DNA of 64,000 nucleotides from an uncultured Clostridia bacterium. Lineage in GTDB: Bacteria; Bacillota; Clostridia; TANB77; CAG-508. Below, one piece after another: positions 7,461 through 16,399 of this stretch. The DNA lies in contig CALXVT010000004.1 of NCBI GenBank assembly GCA_944392175.1, forward strand, positions 10,016-74,015, given 5' to 3'. Below the pieces are notes generated by a model. It saw nothing but the letters and a program-made list of their open reading frames with translations. It had not been told where the DNA came from and made no database searches. Each line of letters starts with the position of its first letter. Position 1 is the first letter of the stretch. The position numbers and the translations under genes are program-made.

Positions 7461-8933
7461 TTATCTTCCATTTTTTCTTTCTAAATTTTCTGTAGTTACT
7501 CTTTTTATATTGCCATTTCTATCAATTGTAGTTCCTCTGCCGTCAGGCAAATAAATAGAAGCATTTTTTATATTAATGTTTGAAAAAGCTGTAATACCTC
7601 CTAAAATTTGTTCGTCAGAAACATTGTATTTTTTAGTTAAAAATGAAACATCTCTTTCAGAAAGCTTTATTCTTATAGATGGAAATCTGTCATTTAATTT
7701 AAAATCTGGAATCTTACTTAATAATTCATTTTGTAACATAAATTCAGTATATGTTCTAAAAGAATACATATAGTAATCATAATCTGCTCCATCTTCAATC
7801 AAACCAGAAACTTCTTTTAATATAGCTGGAGTAATATTATGTGATAATTTTTGTGTTTTTGAAAAAATGTTAGCCAATGTTTTATTTGATTCAGATTTTT
7901 GTGGAAGATCTGTAAAACCAGAATCTTTAGAATACATATCTTGAGCTGTATGAATAACTTCAGAAGTTGCATCTTCTAAAGATAGACTATCACTAGTTAA
8001 AGTAAAGCCAGAAGCACCAAAATGTCCACCACCTTTGTATTGTGAAGCAAGATCAAATACATTTAAATTACCATATGTTGAAGAATTTCTAAGTTCAAAT
8101 GCATATGAGTTTTTTTCATTTTCAGCAACCATACAAGTAAGACAACATCCTTCTATATCTGCCATCTTAAAAATCTTTTTTTGAGGATTACGTATTCCAT
8201 AACGCGAAAGTAAATTTTGTGCTGAATCATTGCTAATAGAAAGTACAAGGCCAAAAGAATCTCCAATTTGCACCTTTTTAGTACGTAAAAGTACTTTAGC
8301 TATTGCAACCTCATCTTTTAATTTACTTTTCCTATTACTTATAGAAGAAATTTGTTTATAATCTGCGCCCATTTCTATTAATTTAGCTAAATTATCTAAA
8401 GTATGTGGTTTAATAAATTTTAATTTAGCAGTGTCTGATAAAAGACCTAATGTAAGTCTATTTGCTATTTCAGGTTTTACATTTTCACGATTAAATTCTG
8501 AAACTAAAATTTCACAAGTAGAGCTTGAACCAGGCTCTCTAATAACATTTTCTTTTGGAAGATTTAATTCGTCTTCTATACAAGGTGTATCTTCATCCTT
8601 TTTATGGTGATCTATGACATATGTATCCTCTGGAGAGGAACTTTTAAATAAATCATTTTCAGCATATGACAAAGTACTTGTATCTACTATTAATGAAATA
8701 TTTCCAGAAGGTATATCAGAAGTTGTTGGAATTTCCCCAACTATGTTTTGAAAAAGTCTTACTTGTGAAGATACAACATATTTAGCATCAATACCTTGTG
8801 ATTTAAAATATTCTGCTAAAGCAGTTGAAGATGTAACTGCATCACCATCAGGATATTTATGTGCAAATATATATACTGATTTGTTCTCTGTTTTGGCTTT
8901 ATTTATTATTTCATCTATCATTTTATTCTCCAT
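7461..8933 (-). CDS. DHH/DHHA1-family phosphoesterase (NrnA/Pde2-like) with C-terminal extension
   Basis: H.YPDGDA, IVDTS, IDHH, LLSDT and GGGH motifs. Confidence 0.88.
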   Translation of the reverse strand: MENKMIDEIINKAKTENKSVYIFAHKYPDGDAVTSSTALAEYFKSQGIDAKYVVSSQVRLFQNIVGEIPTTSDIPSGNISLIVDTSTLSYAENDLFKSSSPEDTYVIDHHKKDEDTPCIEDELNLPKENVIREPGSSSTCEILVSEFNRENVKPEIANRLTLGLLSDTAKLKFIKPHTLDNLAKLIEMGADYKQISSISNRKSKLKDEVAIAKVLLRTKKVQIGDSFGLVLSISNDSAQNLLSRYGIRNPQKKIFKMADIEGCCLTCMVAENEKNSYAFELRNSSTYGNLNVFDLASQYKGGGHFGASGFTLTSDSLSLEDATSEVIHTAQDMYSKDSGFTDLPQKSESNKTLANIFSKTQKLSHNITPAILKEVSGLIEDGADYDYYMYSFRTYTEFMLQNELLSKIPDFKLNDRFPSIRIKLSERDVSFLTKKYNVSDEQILGGITAFSNINIKNASIYLPDGRGTTIDRNGNIKRVTTENLERKNGR

Positions 8934-9504
8934 TCGATATTGTTAATTTTTTATTTCTAAATTTATCAGCTAACCTTGCGAAAAAACCTTTATGTTTTTC
9001 GTTTAAAAGTAAATTTTTATTTTCGTTTTTTAATTCGGCATTTTCTTTAAGTAATTTTTGATATTCTGAATACAAAGAAGAATTAATAAGAATATTATAT
9101 TCTTTTTGCTGTTCTTCAAAAATGGAACTATCTTTTAACTGTAATTCTTTTATTAATTCATCCTTTTGAAGTCTTTCATCCTTATATAATTCTACAAATT
9201 CTTCTTGTTCGGCAAGAATACCATCTTGAATATCAGAAAGATAATTTGCAATTTCTTTTGCTATTGTATAATCATAATAAAGTTCTTGTAAATCAGTATT
9301 GGGATTGTCAATATAAGTTTTATCAATTGCAATAATCTTTCCACCTAAAATATTTAGTTGACAAACCTCATATTTTTTAATAGGTTCTTCTATTAAATTA
9401 TCTTTTTTATGGCTAGTTTCTATATTATGCAAATATACATTATAAAAATCTTCTTCTGAATAATCATTTTTTAGCTTTAGTTCACTAAATTCAATTTTTC
9501 TCAT
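8923..9504 (-). CDS. hypothetical coiled-coil protein
   Basis: 193-aa ORF with GAGGT SD; E/K/L heptads and a terminal KGFFARL amphipathic segment; overlaps the DHH gene start. Confidence 0.7.
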   Translation of the reverse strand: MRKIEFSELKLKNDYSEEDFYNVYLHNIETSHKKDNLIEEPIKKYEVCQLNILGGKIIAIDKTYIDNPNTDLQELYYDYTIAKEIANYLSDIQDGILAEQEEFVELYKDERLQKDELIKELQLKDSSIFEEQQKEYNILINSSLYSEYQKLLKENAELKNENKNLLLNEKHKGFFARLADKFRNKKLTISNGE

Positions 9505-9636
9505 AAGCTACCTCTTATTATTTTTTATCAGTATAATTATATAAATATTTATTTAAAAACACAATAGTAAAATAAATAGATTTACAATAATCGAAAGTTG
9601 TGATAATATTATGGCAAAAGGATAGGGTGAAAAAGA

Positions 9637-9891
9637 ATGACATTAGAATTTGTTGATAATTATTTAAATTCAAAATTAGCACAGAATAAGGAAATCATTA
9701 GATTTTCTTTTTATGAGGTTAGAATGAAACTAAATTTATCAGAAGAAGACTCTATACTTTTTTTGCAATTAATAGCTCAAAAACTTATGAATACAGGATA
9801 TTTAGTATATAAAACAGGAGAAGAGTATACATACAATGGTCAAAAATATACAATACAAGATAATGAATTACTAGTTGCAATAAAAAAATGA
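9637..9891 (+). CDS. hypothetical protein (84 aa)
   Basis: ORF with a plausible SD (AGGGTG) and coding-like composition. Confidence 0.65.
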   Translation: MTLEFVDNYLNSKLAQNKEIIRFSFYEVRMKLNLSEEDSILFLQLIAQKLMNTGYLVYKTGEEYTYNGQKYTIQDNELLVAIKK

Positions 9892-9947
9892 GATTCACAT
9901 TTTTAGTATAATAAGCATAAAATACAAAAGAATATTGGAGGTTTATT

Positions 9948-11186
9948 ATGAAAAAAATGTTAAAGAGAACATTTATACTTTTTATAACAATAACCATAAT
10001 AATTACAAATATAGCATTTGCTGTTTCAAAAAAGGATTCAACAGATTTACAAAATAAAATAAATCAAGCGAAAGATAATTTAAAAGATGTAAACAATGAT
10101 AAAAACGATGCAGAAAATGAAGTAGATAAATTACAGGATGAAATTGATGAATATCAAGGCTCAATAGATACATTAAATGATAAGTTAGATGATTTAAATA
10201 ATTCAATAAATGAAAATGAAAAGAAACTGAAAGAAAAACAAAAAGAATATAATGAAAATTCGGATTTATTAGACGAACGTCTAGTTACAATATATGAAGC
10301 CGGAACGGTTTCATACTTAGATGTGTTATTATCATCTGATAGTTTGGTAGATTTTATATCAAACTATTATTTGATAACAGAATTAACTTCTTATGATTTA
10401 GACTTATTAGAACAAATGCAAAAAGAAAAACAAGAGATAGAAGATACAAAAAAACAATTGGAAGATGATAAAAAAGAAGTAGAGAATTTAAAAGGAGAAA
10501 AAGAACAAAAAACAAAGGAATTAAATTCAGCCAAAAAAGAAAAAGAAAGTTACATAGATGAATTAAGTGGAGAAGCAAAACAATTACAAGAAGACATTGC
10601 TCAATTTGAAAAAGATAAAGCTGCAATAGATAAAAGACTTGAGGAGATAGCAAATTCATATAAACCTAGCACACCATCTGGAGGTTCTGGTAGTTCAAGT
10701 GGCTCAGGAAGTTCTGGAAGTTCAAGTAGTTATGGATATATTTGCCCAATACCTGGATTAAGTAAAGCAAATATAACATGCGGATTTTATGGATATTCAG
10801 GACATGGTGGAGTGGATTTTGGAGGTAACTATGGTAAGCCAGTAGTTGCAGCAAAAAGTGGAACAGTAGTAATATCAGAAACTTTAACAGGAGATATTCC
10901 AAATTATGATTCAAATGGAAATAAAATTGGAAGTTATAGAAGTTATGGAGAATATATAGCAATTTTACATGATGATGGAGCAATAACATTATATGCACAC
11001 GGAAAACCAGGAAGTAGAAAAGTAAGTGTGGGTCAAAAAGTAAAACAGGGACAACAAATTATGAATGTAGGAAATACAGGAAATGTTCAACCAAGACCAA
11101 CACCAAGTAATCCAAAAGGAGGAGCACATCTTCATTTTGAAATAAGAATTAATGGAGTAAGAGTAAACCCGGCAAAATATTTATAA
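9948..11186 (+). CDS. M23-family peptidase with coiled-coil N-terminus (murein hydrolase activator-like)
   Basis: Signal peptide, long coiled coil, Ser/Gly linker, H.GVD, YAH and HLHFE motifs. Confidence 0.92.
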   Translation: MKKMLKRTFILFITITIIITNIAFAVSKKDSTDLQNKINQAKDNLKDVNNDKNDAENEVDKLQDEIDEYQGSIDTLNDKLDDLNNSINENEKKLKEKQKEYNENSDLLDERLVTIYEAGTVSYLDVLLSSDSLVDFISNYYLITELTSYDLDLLEQMQKEKQEIEDTKKQLEDDKKEVENLKGEKEQKTKELNSAKKEKESYIDELSGEAKQLQEDIAQFEKDKAAIDKRLEEIANSYKPSTPSGGSGSSSGSGSSGSSSSYGYICPIPGLSKANITCGFYGYSGHGGVDFGGNYGKPVVAAKSGTVVISETLTGDIPNYDSNGNKIGSYRSYGEYIAILHDDGAITLYAHGKPGSRKVSVGQKVKQGQQIMNVGNTGNVQPRPTPSNPKGGAHLHFEIRINGVRVNPAKYL

Positions 11187-11197
11187 TTTAAAATATT

Positions 11198-11233
11198 AAA
11201 AAAACTAAGTACAATACAGTACTTAGTTTTTTT
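11198..11233 (+). terminator. intrinsic terminator
   Basis: AAAAAAACTAAGTAC-N6-GTACTTAGTTTTTTT. Confidence 0.8.
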
Positions 11234-11318
11234 GTGCTTTATAATAATCCACGAAAACCTATATGCGTAAGGAAAAGTACAAAATGCGACTAAAAAGTAA
11301 ATAAAAACTTAAACAAAA

Positions 11319-11422
11319 TGTAATAAAATTCCCCAAATGTAACTTCCGTAGTGCATTATGTGAATTTTTGTATTTTTGGCGTTTTTATATATATTGAAGG
11401 GAAATAAAAACACTGCTATAGT
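11319..11422 (+). promoter_or_regulatory. shared adhesin-locus motif (11319-11350) and sigma-A promoter (11394-11422)
   Basis: TGTAATAAAA and TAAAA..AAATGTAACTTCCGTA; TTGAAG-N17-TATAGT with an extended-10 TG. Confidence 0.55.
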
Positions 11423-11463
11423 TTTATATAGTTATAAATATATTCATGCAGGAGGTTTTTTCT

Positions 11464-14400
11464 ATGAAGGAACAAAGGGGAATAATAAGACAAAAACTAA
11501 TAACGTCATTGGTATTAGTAGCTCTAATTTTGTCTAGTTATGGAACTTTTTTATCAGAAGCAGTTGCAGTAGCAATTAATTATGAAAATCAAAAAATAGC
11601 AACTAGTGATAAAAAGGTTTCTTTTGATGCATATTTTGCAAATGGAGATACTAAAACACATAATGTTATAGCAGATACAAAGGATGAAAATGAATTAACA
11701 TTAGATATTAAATTGGAAGAAGGTGTAATGCAAAATACTAAAATTACATTTAATTATCCTAATTTCCAAATTGATTTTGAAAAATTAAAAGAAAATCAAT
11801 TAGTAAAAAATGTTAATGAAGCTGAAAATAGTATAGAGTTAAATCAAATAATGGAAAATACTACAATTCCAGTAACTATAAGATATAAAAATGAAGACGA
11901 AATTAGCATTGATGATTTCTCTAAAAATACAGATATCTTATTAACATCTACTTATACTAGTTCAGATGATACAGATAAAGAAATAAATGGAAGTATTTCA
12001 TTAAATGTAGGTTGGACATCTACTATAGAAGGAAAATTAGAAAGTAGTATTAGTAATTATTCAGAAATATCTGGAAAATCAGTATTAATAGCAAATTATA
12101 AAAGCACAATGAATAATACTACATTACCAATGGAATATACTAATTTAGAAATTAATGTTCCAGAAGTAAAAGGCGAAATTCCTGCTGAAGTTAAAGTTAT
12201 AGAAAACGGAAAAGAACTAAGTGAAGATCAATATATTTATGATTCAGAAAATAAAAGGGTTAATATAGCTAAAACAAATTCTATAAATGAAGAGAATAAA
12301 GTATCATCAATAACAGGAAACTTAGATTATACTGTAATTTATACTTATAATAAGGAATTTAAATTAGATAAAGTAAATACAACTTTAGAGTCAAACTTAA
12401 GACTTAAAGCATATACTTTAGATGAAGTTATATTAAGTAATTCTCAAGAATTAGAGAAAGAAAAAAATAATGTAACAACTAAGCTAAAAATAAATACAGA
12501 TTCTAAAATAAGTAAAGGTTATTTATATAATTCAAATTATGAAATGCCTTATAAAGTTAATTTATCAGCTCAAATACAATTTATTATTCCTGGAAGTGAT
12601 ATAGAATTTGTAGAAAATGGAGAAACATTCTTAGGAGATAATGTTAAATTAAATGCTTCTACAATGACAGAATATAAAAATACAACAATTAATAAAGAAG
12701 AATTAAATACAATACTTGGTGAAAAAGGAACATTAAGTATTATAAATGCAGATACAAATGAAATTATTGCTAAACTTAATAGTGAATCAAAAACTGATGA
12801 TAATGGTAATATTACAATTAAATATGATGGAGTTAATAGAATTAGAATTTTAATTCAAAATCCAGAGCAAATAGGAACAATTAATATTAATAGTAATAAA
12901 AAAATAATAAAAAATCGTAATATTTCAACAGATACATTAAAAGCAATAAATAAATATAGAATAAGTTTTGATAATAAAAATATTGCAGTAACAGATACTG
13001 TAAATAAAGATATTGATTTATATGATACAGTTACAAAATCTACAATGGAAGTAAGTAAAACAGAATTTTCCACATTAGATAACAATGTTAATATGAATAT
13101 TAAATTAAACTTATTAACAAATAGTATGGATTACGATTTATATCAAAATCCAAGATTATCATTAACATTTCCAAGTGAATTTGAAAACATTACTATAAAT
13201 TCGGTAGGAATTTCATTTGAAAATGGATTATCAATTGCAAATAAAAGAGTTACAACAAATTCTGACGGAACAAAAACATTATATATAGATTTAAGTGGTA
13301 ACCAACAAACATATTTAGCAAATAATGATATAACAGCTAATCCACAAATAGTTGTAGATGCAAATGTTAAAATAAATAGAACAACAACTACAAGAGAAGT
13401 AGATCTTACATATAATTATAGTAATGAAAAAGCTATTAAATATGAAGATGAAGGAAAACAAGTAGCAAAAATAAAAATAACTGCTCCATATGGACTTATA
13501 ATGTCAACAAATGTAGATGGAACAGAAGGAAATACAAAAGAGATACCAGAACATGAAATACAAGCTAGAAGTGAAGAACAAGTTGTTCATGTAGAAGAAA
13601 ATATAGTTAATAACTATAGTAGTGATGTAAATAATTTTGAAATAACAGGTGTTATTCCACTAAAAGATAAACAATATACTTTAGGTGATAATACAATTGA
13701 ATCAAATTATTCTGCAAACATAACTGGAAATATTGAAATTAACAGAAATGATGCAACAATAGAATTTTCTGAAGACAATGAAAACTGGAGTACAACAAGA
13801 ACAAAAAATACAGATTTATTTAGAATTAAATTTAAAGATTCTACATTAAAACAAGGAGATTTAATTACATTATCTTACAACTTAAAGATTCCTGAAAATG
13901 TAAGTTATTCAAAAGATGGATATGTAGCATTTATAACAGCAGGACAAAATGAAAATGTTAATGTAAATGCATGGTCAGGAGCAAAATTAAGTACAGAAGA
14001 TGCTGTAATGGGAGAAACTACTCCAGAAGTTTCTACTGTAGAAGATGGAGAAATAAAAACAGAAATTTCTGTTATGCAAGGTAATCAGTCATTAGAAGAA
14101 GGACAAGTTGTATATGATGAACAAATTCTTAAATATATAGTTAAATTAACTAATACTACAAATTCAACAATTAATAATGTTAAAGTTACAGCTAAAAATA
14201 CAAATGCAGTATTTTATGAATGGACAATTGAACAAATAGACGAAGTTCAATCTAATCATATTTTTAAAGAAAATCCTGACAAAGAACAGGAAGAACTAAA
14301 TGTTGGTGAATTGAAAGCAGGAGAAACAAAAGAAGTAAGTTATCAAGTTGTAGTTAAAAAAGATGGAGATGATAGTACAACTAAAGCAGATATTTCTGTT

Positions 14401-16395
14401 TCAGGTGATAACATTGAAACAAAAAATCTATCTTCTATAGAAAATAGTGTTGTTGATGCAAAATTAAAAATAGTATCAGATCCAGGTGTTACAATTGGTT
14501 ATCCAGATGAGGTAAGAGAAGGCGGACCAGCATATGTAGTTGCAAAAATAACAAATTTAACTGACGATAAATTAAATAATATTAAATTAAATCAATACTT
14601 TGGAAATTATCTAAATACAACTATAGATGGTGTAAGTATAAATTCAGGTGATGAAGAAACAACAGAAAAAATTGTAGATATGAAAATGGAAAATCAAACA
14701 TTATCATATACAATTACAGAATTAGATCCTTCAGAAACAATATCTGTATCAATTTATGGAACATTAAAAACTGTAGATCAAGATACAACATTCTATACTT
14801 ATGCAATAGCTGATTATGGCGATGAAAATTATATTTCTAACCAAACTGAATATAAAGTAAATAAATATTTTTCAGATTTGGAAATGAACCTAACTTCAAA
14901 TATATCAGCTGACACTGAGTTAAAAGATGGTGATAACTTAATTTATACAGCAACAATTAAAAACATTGGTCAATTTAGTCAAAATATAAGTTTATCAGAT
15001 AATGTTCCAATTATGGCTGAAATTAACAGTGTATATTACGAAAAAAATGGACAAAAAGTAGATGTTGATTTTGACTATGATAATAGTTTCTCATTCTTCA
15101 CAGATCTTGGTGTAAATGAAAGTTTAACAATAGTTATTGATACAACAGTTTATGTTTATAGAGGACAAGAAGGAGAGATAGAAAATTATATTTCTGCAAC
15201 TGCAACAAACTTGGATAGCATGAAAAGTTCTAATACTTTAAAACATAATATATATAGAGAAATTGATTTTGTAGATCCAGAAGAGCCAACTGATCCAGAA
15301 GAACCAACTGATCCAGAAGAACCAACTGATCCTGATGAACCAGATAATCCATCTGAACCAGAAGATCCGGATAATCCAGATAATCCATCTGATCCAGATG
15401 AACCAAGCAATCCTGAAGATCCAAATACTCCAAGTGAAAAAGATACATATAGCATTAGTGGTAAGGTTTGGTTAGATGAAGATAAAGATGGTATAAAAGA
15501 TGATAATGAAGGTGCAGTATCAGGAGTTAAATTAAGATTACTAAATTCTAATGGAGTTGAATTAAAAAATGCTACAAGTACTTCTAATGGAACATATACA
15601 TTTTCTAATGTAGAAAACGGAAGTTATAGAATTTTGTTAGAGTATGATAAAAAAACTTACGGATTAAGTACATATCAAAAAGATGGTGTAAGTTCAAATA
15701 AAGATTCAGATTTTATAAAATCAAATGTTTTAGAAAATGGAGAACAAAAAGAAGTTGCAGCAACTGAGACTATAACCGTATCTAACAATGATATTACTAA
15801 TATTGATGCAGGTCTTATAAGATATGGAAAACACGAATTAGTTATTACAAAAACTTTAGGAGAGGTTACAGTAGAAACTAATAAATCAACTAAGACTTAT
15901 GATTTAAGTGGAAAACAAATAGGAAAGGTTGAAATTGCATCAAAAGAAATGCCTAATGCAGAAATAACAGTTGAATATATTATTAATATTCAAAATAATG
16001 GAGATATGGATGAGTTTATTACTAATATTAGAGATATTCCTTCAGAGGGAGAATTAGCAGATAAAGATGGTAATTGGAGTATCGAAGGAGAGGCACTAAT
16101 AAACAGTGAATTAAGTAATAATCCAATAAAAGCAGGAGAAAGTAAACAAATTAAATTAAAATTAAAAACAACTGTAGATAGTGACGGTACAGCAAAAACA
16201 ATAAACAATAAAGTTGATGTAACAGAAAATACTAATGAAGATAATGTTACAAATATAAATACCGATAAAGCGAGTGCACAATTACTTATAGGAATAAAAA
16301 CAGGTGGAGTTTATATTGCAATTTCAGTAATAGCATTAATTGCAATATTAATAAGTGTAGCTATACTTATTCAAAGAAAGAGAGGAGGAAAATAG
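11464..16395 (+). CDS. giant surface protein A (DUF11-like Ig repeats, SdrD-B-like domain, C-terminal anchor)
   Basis: GGAGG at 11451 favours ATG 11464 over 11446. Signal peptide; GD.LIYT.TIKN.G repeats; Pro/Asp/Glu linker; YSISGKVWLDEDKDG; IGIKTG followed by TM and a basic tail. Confidence 0.85.
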   Translation: MKEQRGIIRQKLITSLVLVALILSSYGTFLSEAVAVAINYENQKIATSDKKVSFDAYFANGDTKTHNVIADTKDENELTLDIKLEEGVMQNTKITFNYPNFQIDFEKLKENQLVKNVNEAENSIELNQIMENTTIPVTIRYKNEDEISIDDFSKNTDILLTSTYTSSDDTDKEINGSISLNVGWTSTIEGKLESSISNYSEISGKSVLIANYKSTMNNTTLPMEYTNLEINVPEVKGEIPAEVKVIENGKELSEDQYIYDSENKRVNIAKTNSINEENKVSSITGNLDYTVIYTYNKEFKLDKVNTTLESNLRLKAYTLDEVILSNSQELEKEKNNVTTKLKINTDSKISKGYLYNSNYEMPYKVNLSAQIQFIIPGSDIEFVENGETFLGDNVKLNASTMTEYKNTTINKEELNTILGEKGTLSIINADTNEIIAKLNSESKTDDNGNITIKYDGVNRIRILIQNPEQIGTININSNKKIIKNRNISTDTLKAINKYRISFDNKNIAVTDTVNKDIDLYDTVTKSTMEVSKTEFSTLDNNVNMNIKLNLLTNSMDYDLYQNPRLSLTFPSEFENITINSVGISFENGLSIANKRVTTNSDGTKTLYIDLSGNQQTYLANNDITANPQIVVDANVKINRTTTTREVDLTYNYSNEKAIKYEDEGKQVAKIKITAPYGLIMSTNVDGTEGNTKEIPEHEIQARSEEQVVHVEENIVNNYSSDVNNFEITGVIPLKDKQYTLGDNTIESNYSANITGNIEINRNDATIEFSEDNENWSTTRTKNTDLFRIKFKDSTLKQGDLITLSYNLKIPENVSYSKDGYVAFITAGQNENVNVNAWSGAKLSTEDAVMGETTPEVSTVEDGEIKTEISVMQGNQSLEEGQVVYDEQILKYIVKLTNTTNSTINNVKVTAKNTNAVFYEWTIEQIDEVQSNHIFKENPDKEQEELNVGELKAGETKEVSYQVVVKKDGDDSTTKADISVSGDNIETKNLSSIENSVVDAKLKIVSDPGVTIGYPDEVREGGPAYVVAKITNLTDDKLNNIKLNQYFGNYLNTTIDGVSINSGDEETTEKIVDMKMENQTLSYTITELDPSETISVSIYGTLKTVDQDTTFYTYAIADYGDENYISNQTEYKVNKYFSDLEMNLTSNISADTELKDGDNLIYTATIKNIGQFSQNISLSDNVPIMAEINSVYYEKNGQKVDVDFDYDNSFSFFTDLGVNESLTIVIDTTVYVYRGQEGEIENYISATATNLDSMKSSNTLKHNIYREIDFVDPEEPTDPEEPTDPEEPTDPDEPDNPSEPEDPDNPDNPSDPDEPSNPEDPNTPSEKDTYSISGKVWLDEDKDGIKDDNEGAVSGVKLRLLNSNGVELKNATSTSNGTYTFSNVENGSYRILLEYDKKTYGLSTYQKDGVSSNKDSDFIKSNVLENGEQKEVAATETITVSNNDITNIDAGLIRYGKHELVITKTLGEVTVETNKSTKTYDLSGKQIGKVEIASKEMPNAEITVEYIINIQNNGDMDEFITNIRDIPSEGELADKDGNWSIEGEALINSELSNNPIKAGESKQIKLKLKTTVDSDGTAKTINNKVDVTENTNEDNVTNINTDKASAQLLIGIKTGGVYIAISVIALIAILISVAILIQRKRGGK
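15274..15432 (+). repeat. coding tandem repeat (DPEEPT x3, then D/P/N/S variants)
   Basis: 18-bp GATCCAGAAGA(G/A)CCAACT units visible in the DNA. Confidence 0.85.
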
Positions 16396-16399
16396 TATT

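Noticed and set aside
11234-11463. c-di-GMP riboswitch upstream of the adhesin loci, suggested by the HD-GYP gene
   Set aside because: No GNRA tetraloop/receptor P2-P3 arrangement or class II pseudoknot could be built here, at 21733-21961 or at 61254-61496.
15274-15432. CRISPR-like or mobile repeat array
   Set aside because: These are in-frame Pro/Asp/Glu coding repeats with no unique spacers; no CRISPR array or cas gene was seen in the window.
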